Positions 15,822-20,000 of a stretch of DNA of 20,000 nucleotides are shown piece after piece. How positions within the stretch are numbered: position 1 is the first letter of the stretch; each line of letters starts with the position of its first letter. This DNA is from an uncultured virus (IMG/VR IMGVR_UViG_2853092212_000004) (Duplodnaviria; Heunggongvirae; Uroviricota; Caudoviricetes): IMG/VR virus record IMGVR_UViG_2853092212_000004; one strand, given 5' to 3'. The notes beneath the pieces were generated by a model. That model made no database searches and had not been told where the DNA came from. It saw nothing but the letters and a program-made list of their open reading frames with translations. Both the position numbers and the translations under genes were made by a program.

Positions 15822-16049
15822 TTATATAATTGTATTATAGTTCTTATTAGGAACGTGACTATCAAAAAAAATTTGTTCAATTGATAATTTAAAAAAGTCA
15901 GAAATCTTTTTTGCTTCATGAAGCGTAAATTTTACACTTCCACTTTCTTTTTTATAATAAGCAGCTTTTGTTTTTAATCCTAATAAATCCTTCATTTGAT
16001 CGACTGAAATTGAATTGTCAATTCTTAGTGTTTTAAGATTACTAAACAC
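15822..16049 (-). CDS. Cro-like XRE transcriptional regulator
   Basis: 75-aa HTH_3 pattern (LKTLR...MKDLLGL..AAYYKKESG..KFTLHEAKKISDFF). GGAGGTG RBS. Divergent from the repressor. Confidence 0.9.
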   Translation of the reverse strand: MFSNLKTLRIDNSISVDQMKDLLGLKTKAAYYKKESGSVKFTLHEAKKISDFFKLSIEQIFFDSHVPNKNYNTII

Positions 16050-16064
16050 TTTTAGTTCACCTCC

Positions 16065-16172
16065 GTTCTCATTGGGATACTTTAATTATAGTTTCTCAAA
16101 AGGAACTTGTCAACGATTTTAAAAAAATAATTTTCCAATTAGGAACATTAATATATTTTCCTAATAGGATAC
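16065..16172. promoter_or_regulatory. Four repressor operator-like sites (about GTWTCYNAWWAGGAAC)
   Basis: 16065-16080 (rc GTATCCCAATGAGAAC), 16091-16106 GTTTCTCAAAAGGAAC, 16131-16146 TTTTCCAATTAGGAAC, 16157-16172 (rc GTATCCTATTAGGAAA). Confidence 0.7.
16085..16113 (-). promoter_or_regulatory. Lytic (PR-like) promoter
   Basis: On -: TTGACA (16113-16108), 17 bp spacer, TATAAT (16090-16085); perfect sigma-A consensus. Confidence 0.85.
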
Positions 16173-16198
16173 TATATAATTATCTTGAGGTGTTGAGT

Positions 16199-16612
16199 AT
16201 GAATAGAATTAAACAACTTAGATTAGCTAAAGGCTGGACACAAGACGACTTAGGTGATAAATTATGTGTAAAACGTGCTGCTATTTCAAAATACGAAAAT
16301 GGTGGAATACCTTTAACTGATGATACCATTAGGAAACTTTCAGAAATTTTTGAAAAATCAGCAGATTATATTTTAGGGCTCACAGACGATAATGAAGATT
16401 TCATTATCAATAAAATAGATATCCCTAAAGAGTATACTGATAAATATAAAGTTACTTCCAGGGATAAAAAACAGTACTTGGAAGAAATGAAAAAAGCCAA
16501 TGAATCTTTTTTTATGAATGACGAATTCAATGATGAAGCCAAAAAAGATATGTTAGATTTAATGTCTGAATTATTTTGGGATGCTAAAGCTAAAAATAAA
16601 AGAAAAAAATAA
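16199..16612 (+). CDS. CI/ImmR-like XRE repressor (no S24 autopeptidase domain)
   Basis: MNRIKQLRLAKGWTQDDLGDKL.V.RAAISKYENG...SADYILG. GAGGTG RBS; TATAAT at 16175-16180. Confidence 0.92.
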   Translation: MNRIKQLRLAKGWTQDDLGDKLCVKRAAISKYENGGIPLTDDTIRKLSEIFEKSADYILGLTDDNEDFIINKIDIPKEYTDKYKVTSRDKKQYLEEMKKANESFFMNDEFNDEAKKDMLDLMSELFWDAKAKNKRKK

Positions 16613-16628
16613 CAGGTGGTGGGTTCAT

Positions 16629-17078
16629 ATGGTTGATTATAGAAAGAAGGTTCGAAGCCTCGTAAAAAAATACAAAACTAGAGACCCATATACCATAGCT
16701 AAGGGAGAGCGTATTGAAGTTAAATATAAATATCTATCTGCTAGTTCTCCTAAAGGCATATTCAAAAAGGTATTGAGAAAAAAATATATTGTGATAAATA
16801 TGACTAGGATTATTGATGATTTTGATTTAAATGTAGTTTTGGCACATGAATTAGGACATGCTGTAAGACATTCTAGCAATGCAACTTTTTTTCTGCATGA
16901 TCATACTTTTTATAATCGTGGAAAGTTTGAAATAGAAGCAAATGAGTTCGCTGCTGAATTACTAATTGATGAAAAGAAAATTGATAAAATATATTTGATG
17001 AACTGTTCAATTGAACAACTGGCATATGTTTATGCAGTTCCTGCTGAATTAATATCATATAAATTTAAAAACAAATAA
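16629..17078 (+). CDS. ImmA/IrrE family metallo-endopeptidase (anti-repressor protease)
   Basis: LAHELGH (HExxH) and EIEANEFAAELL; TRDPYTIA N-terminus. Adjacent to the XRE repressor. Confidence 0.92.
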   Translation: MVDYRKKVRSLVKKYKTRDPYTIAKGERIEVKYKYLSASSPKGIFKKVLRKKYIVINMTRIIDDFDLNVVLAHELGHAVRHSSNATFFLHDHTFYNRGKFEIEANEFAAELLIDEKKIDKIYLMNCSIEQLAYVYAVPAELISYKFKNK

Positions 17079-17092
17079 AGGGGATTGAAATT

Positions 17093-18007
17093 ATGAGTGA
17101 CTATGAAAAAATGGAATTTAGAAAATACACAGGAAAAGCTGAAAGAGATAAATATTTAAACATACTAAAAGGTATATTAAGTGGAATTTCTATTGATGAA
17201 GAAATTGGTCAAAAAGAAATTGATGAACTTAGTAATTGGTGTTCTTTATTAGGTGAATATTCCGACAAAACACCATTTAATGAACTTTTACCTATTATAT
17301 CTGATGCGCTGTCTGATAATATTCTTACACCTGAAGAAATAGAAGATATAAACTGGGTAATTGATAATTTTATATCTAAAAAGAGAAATAATTATTATGA
17401 CCCCATTACGCATGGATTACAAAATCTCCAAGGATTGCTTCATGGTATATTTGCAGATAACTATATTACTGATGATGAAATTAAATTATTAAAAAAATGG
17501 ATAAATAAGAATGATTATTTAATAGGTTATTATCCTTATGATGAAATATCTACTCTTCTAACATCGATTTTGAGTGATGGAATCATTACTGATGATGAAA
17601 GAAATATTTTAAAAGTATATTTTTCTGAATTTATAGATAAAGATAGCTCTATTGAAATTGATTTTAAAGAAATAGAACAATTAAAAAATGATTATACAAT
17701 TGAAGGTATATGTTCTGTATGTCCTGAAATTAATTTTGAAGATAAGACATTTTGCTTTACTGGTGCGTCTACTAAAGCAACAAGAAAAGACTTTGAAACC
17801 CTAATTCCTTCTTTGGGAGGACTATTTTCAAATTCAGTTACCAAAAAGACAGATTATCTTATAATAGGTGACAACGGGAATACTTGTTGGGCTTATTCTT
17901 GCTATGGACGAAAGGTTGAACAAGCCATAAGTCAAAGAAAAAAAGGACAAAAAATAATAATACTTCATGAAAATGATTTTTGGGATGCTGTTGAAGATAA
18001 TAAATAA
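17093..18007 (+). CDS. BRCT-domain protein with duplicated N-terminal TerB-like helical repeat
   Basis: C-terminal FEDKTFCFTG...LGG....VTKKTDYLIIG...YGRKVEQA...IIILHENDFW is BRCT. Two N-terminal repeats of L.G.L.GI..D..I...EI..L..W...LSD..IT..E. Confidence 0.8.
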   Translation: MSDYEKMEFRKYTGKAERDKYLNILKGILSGISIDEEIGQKEIDELSNWCSLLGEYSDKTPFNELLPIISDALSDNILTPEEIEDINWVIDNFISKKRNNYYDPITHGLQNLQGLLHGIFADNYITDDEIKLLKKWINKNDYLIGYYPYDEISTLLTSILSDGIITDDERNILKVYFSEFIDKDSSIEIDFKEIEQLKNDYTIEGICSVCPEINFEDKTFCFTGASTKATRKDFETLIPSLGGLFSNSVTKKTDYLIIGDNGNTCWAYSCYGRKVEQAISQRKKGQKIIILHENDFWDAVEDNK

Positions 18008-18028
18008 TGGTGTTCGTGATGAACACCA
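18008..18028. repeat. Palindrome copy 2 (TGGTGTTC-gtgat-GAACACCA)
   Basis: 19-bp core identical to 8434-8452. Confidence 0.85.
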
Positions 18029-18082
18029 CATAATATAAAATAATATGCACATACTATATGTACTATTATTTAACTAAAGGAG

Positions 18083-18388
18083 ATGTTAATAATGGCAGAT
18101 AATAATGAGATTTTTGATTTACTTACTAAAATGTATTCAGAAATGCAAGAAATAAAAGAAGATGTTCAGAATATCAATATGAAAGTTGATAAAGGCTTTA
18201 ATGAAGTTAATGCTAGAATTGATAATCTTTCTAGTGGATTAGGCAAAATGGTTGCTAGTGAAGTAGCTGATGAGCTTTCTGAACAATTTAAATCAATAAA
18301 AACTGATGTTAAATTTATTAAGCGTAAAGTCCAAGACACTGAGGAAGATGTATTTGTTATTCAGGATCATTTAAAAATAATAAAATAA
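18083..18388 (+). CDS. Small coiled-coil hypothetical protein
   Basis: AAAGGAG RBS (probably serving ATG 18092); heptad-rich acidic sequence. Confidence 0.75.
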   Translation: MLIMADNNEIFDLLTKMYSEMQEIKEDVQNINMKVDKGFNEVNARIDNLSSGLGKMVASEVADELSEQFKSIKTDVKFIKRKVQDTEEDVFVIQDHLKIIK

Positions 18389-18393
18389 TTAGT

Positions 18394-18430
18394 ATTAATC
18401 CAGTTGATATATTACAACTGGTTAATTTAT
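18394..18430 (+). terminator. Intrinsic terminator-like hairpin before the integrase
   Basis: CCAGTTG (18400-18406) / CAACTGG (18415-18421) followed by TTAATTTAT. Confidence 0.55.
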
Positions 18431-18441
18431 AAGCCTCAAAA

Positions 18442-18453
18442 GAACATACATTC
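18442..18453. promoter_or_regulatory. Possible LexA (SOS) box upstream of the integrase
   Basis: GAACATACATTC is one mismatch from the Firmicute GAAC-N4-GTTC core. Confidence 0.4.
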
Positions 18454-18485
18454 TGATTAAATAATTACTGGGAAGGAAGAAAAAA

Positions 18486-20000
18486 ATGAAAGCAGCTATA
18501 TACGCACGTTATTCATCAGATAATCAGAGAGAAGAAAGTATAGATGCCCAAATTAGAGCCATAAAGGAATTTGCAAGCCATAATAATATTCAAATAGTAA
18601 AAATATACACTGATGAAGCACGTTCTGCTACAACAGACGATAGACCTCAATTTTTACAAATGATAAAAGATTCAGAATTCAATATTTTTAATACTGTTAT
18701 AGTTCATAAATTAGACAGATTTTCTCGTAATAGGTATGATAGCGCTTTTTACAAAAAGAAACTTAAGGATAATCATGTAAAATTAATTTCCGTATTAGAA
18801 CATTTAGATGATTCACCTGAAAGTATAATACTCGAATCAGTTCTTGAAGGTATGGCTGAATACTATTCAATTAATCTTAGTCGTGAAGTCATGAAAGGGA
18901 TGAAAGAGACTGCTCTACAATGTAAACATACTGGTGGAACTCCACCCTTAGGTTATGATGTTAATCCAGATAAAACTTATTGTATAAATGAGAAAGAATC
19001 TAATGCTATAAGACTAATATTCCAAATGTATGCATCTGGCACTGGATATACTCCTATTATTGATAAATTAAATGATTTAGGCTATAAGTCTAAAACAGGT
19101 AAAAGCTTTGGCAAGAATAGCTTATATGGAATATTGACTAATGAAAAATATAGAGGAGTTTATATTTTTAATAAATCATCAAAAAAAATTAATGGCAAGA
19201 GAAATTCACATAAAATTAAATCGGAAGATGAAATAATAAAAATCGAAGGTGGTATGCCTGCAATTATATCAGAAGATCTATGGAAAAGAGTGAAGATTAA
19301 AATGGACAGTAATAAAATTAATAAAGGTGCTAATACTGCAAAAGCTATTTATCTTTTAAGTGGCCTTATCTATTGTGGAAAATGTGGTTCAGCCATGACT
19401 GGTAATAGAAGATATGCTGGAAGAAATAAGAGCCTATATGAAACTTATGAATGTTCTAATAGAAAAAGAACAAAACAATGTGATATGAAAGCTATAAATA
19501 AAGATTATGTTGAACAAGTGGTTATTGATGACCTATATAATAATATATTTTCAGATTCAGCTATAGAAAATATAGTGCCTGATATTTTTGCATTTATAAG
19601 CGAACAAAATAAAATAATTAACGAAGATATTAAAATTTATAAAAAAGAATTAGCTGATATTCAAACCAAAATTGATAATATGCTAGACGCTATTGCAAAT
19701 GGTTTTTATAATTCATCAATGAAAGAAAAATCAGATCAGTTAGAAACTAGAAAAACAACATTGCTTATAAGAATAAATGAAGCTGAAAGAGAGGCAAAAT
19801 TAAATTCACCAACGGAAGATATGATAAAAAAATATTTAAAGAAAGATTCTGATATAAAACAAAAAAGTTTGGAAAACAAAAAGAAAGTAATCCAAACTCA
19901 TGTTCAAAAAATCACTGTCTATGAAGACAGAATCACAACTGACACAATTGTGAGCCTTATTGGTGGAGGCGACGGGTGTCGAACCCGTGTCCGAAAGTAG
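18486..20000 (+). CDS. Large serine recombinase (phage integrase)
   Basis: AAIYARYSSDNQ (catalytic Ser), VHKLDRFSRN, recombinase domain PPLGY, zinc ribbon LLSGLIYCGKCG...YEC...C, coiled coil. TAG at 19998-20000. Confidence 0.96.
   Translation: MKAAIYARYSSDNQREESIDAQIRAIKEFASHNNIQIVKIYTDEARSATTDDRPQFLQMIKDSEFNIFNTVIVHKLDRFSRNRYDSAFYKKKLKDNHVKLISVLEHLDDSPESIILESVLEGMAEYYSINLSREVMKGMKETALQCKHTGGTPPLGYDVNPDKTYCINEKESNAIRLIFQMYASGTGYTPIIDKLNDLGYKSKTGKSFGKNSLYGILTNEKYRGVYIFNKSSKKINGKRNSHKIKSEDEIIKIEGGMPAIISEDLWKRVKIKMDSNKINKGANTAKAIYLLSGLIYCGKCGSAMTGNRRYAGRNKSLYETYECSNRKRTKQCDMKAINKDYVEQVVIDDLYNNIFSDSAIENIVPDIFAFISEQNKIINEDIKIYKKELADIQTKIDNMLDAIANGFYNSSMKEKSDQLETRKTTLLIRINEAEREAKLNSPTEDMIKKYLKKDSDIKQKSLENKKKVIQTHVQKITVYEDRITTDTIVSLIGGGDGCRTRVRK
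19961..20000 (-). ncRNA. ssrA: tmRNA 3' end (tRNA-like domain); prophage attachment site
   Basis: Minus strand reads CTTTCGGAC-ACGGG-TTCGACA-CCCGT-CGCCTCC-A-CCA: T-arm, acceptor strand with U70 (Ala G3:U70 identity) and encoded CCA. TTCGGAC before the T-stem is typical of tmRNA rather than tRNA-Ala. Confidence 0.85.

Larger units (their letters stand above)
1..20000. mobile_element. Temperate siphovirus-type prophage (integrase end through head genes), integrated at tmRNA; continues beyond the left edge
   Basis: Canonical module order: integrase, repressor/cro, replication, late activator, HNH, TerS, TerL, portal, protease. tmRNA 3' end at the right boundary. Confidence 0.97.

Noticed and set aside
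15815..15828. TAATGCAAAA at the cro stop codon as another cassette junction
   Set aside because: Only a partial match, it overlaps a hairpin arm, and cro is a core gene; may be chance.
16637..18052. - strand ORFs 16637-16879, 16873-17058, 17834-18052 and 17859-18050
   Set aside because: Antisense shadows of the ImmA and BRCT genes.
19961..20000. tRNA-Ala rather than tmRNA
   Set aside because: The sequence 5' of the T-stem (CTTTCGGAC) fits tmRNA and not a tRNA-Ala variable loop; only 40 nt are visible, so some doubt remains.

Overview
AT-rich window holding one end of a temperate, HK97-like (cos/HNH-type) siphoviral prophage of a Clostridium-like Firmicute. The right edge carries the 3' end of a tmRNA (ssrA) gene, which is the likely attachment site; a large serine integrase reads into it and stops within it. 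Leftwards from there lie the lysogeny block on + (XRE repressor, ImmA/IrrE protease, TerB-like-repeat/BRCT protein, coiled-coil protein) and a divergent cI/cro switch with five operator-like sites. The early operon on - encodes Cro, a CII-like HTH protein, ParA, ParB, a DnaD-type initiator with an internal origin, and a run of small variable genes. Next come an ArpU/RinA-like late activator with a 5x11-bp binding array, a short tyrosine recombinase, an HTH TerS-like protein, HNH, a putative cos site, TerS, TerL, portal and a ClpP-type prohead protease. A 1177-bp IS630-family element with a frameshifted transposase interrupts the protease gene at codon 7. The main unexplained structure is (i) a recurring TAATGCRYAA(AGTGTAGA) motif at the junctions of the variable early genes and at the stop codon of the tyrosine recombinase, suggesting an integron-like cassette array, (ii) two promoter-hairpin-terminator antisense mini-genes upstream of the RBSs of parA and the late activator, (iii) a 19-bp palindrome repeated 9.6 kb apart, and (iv) an inverted pair of perfect DnaA boxes. 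All protein calls come from motif recognition and synteny; no database searches were run.
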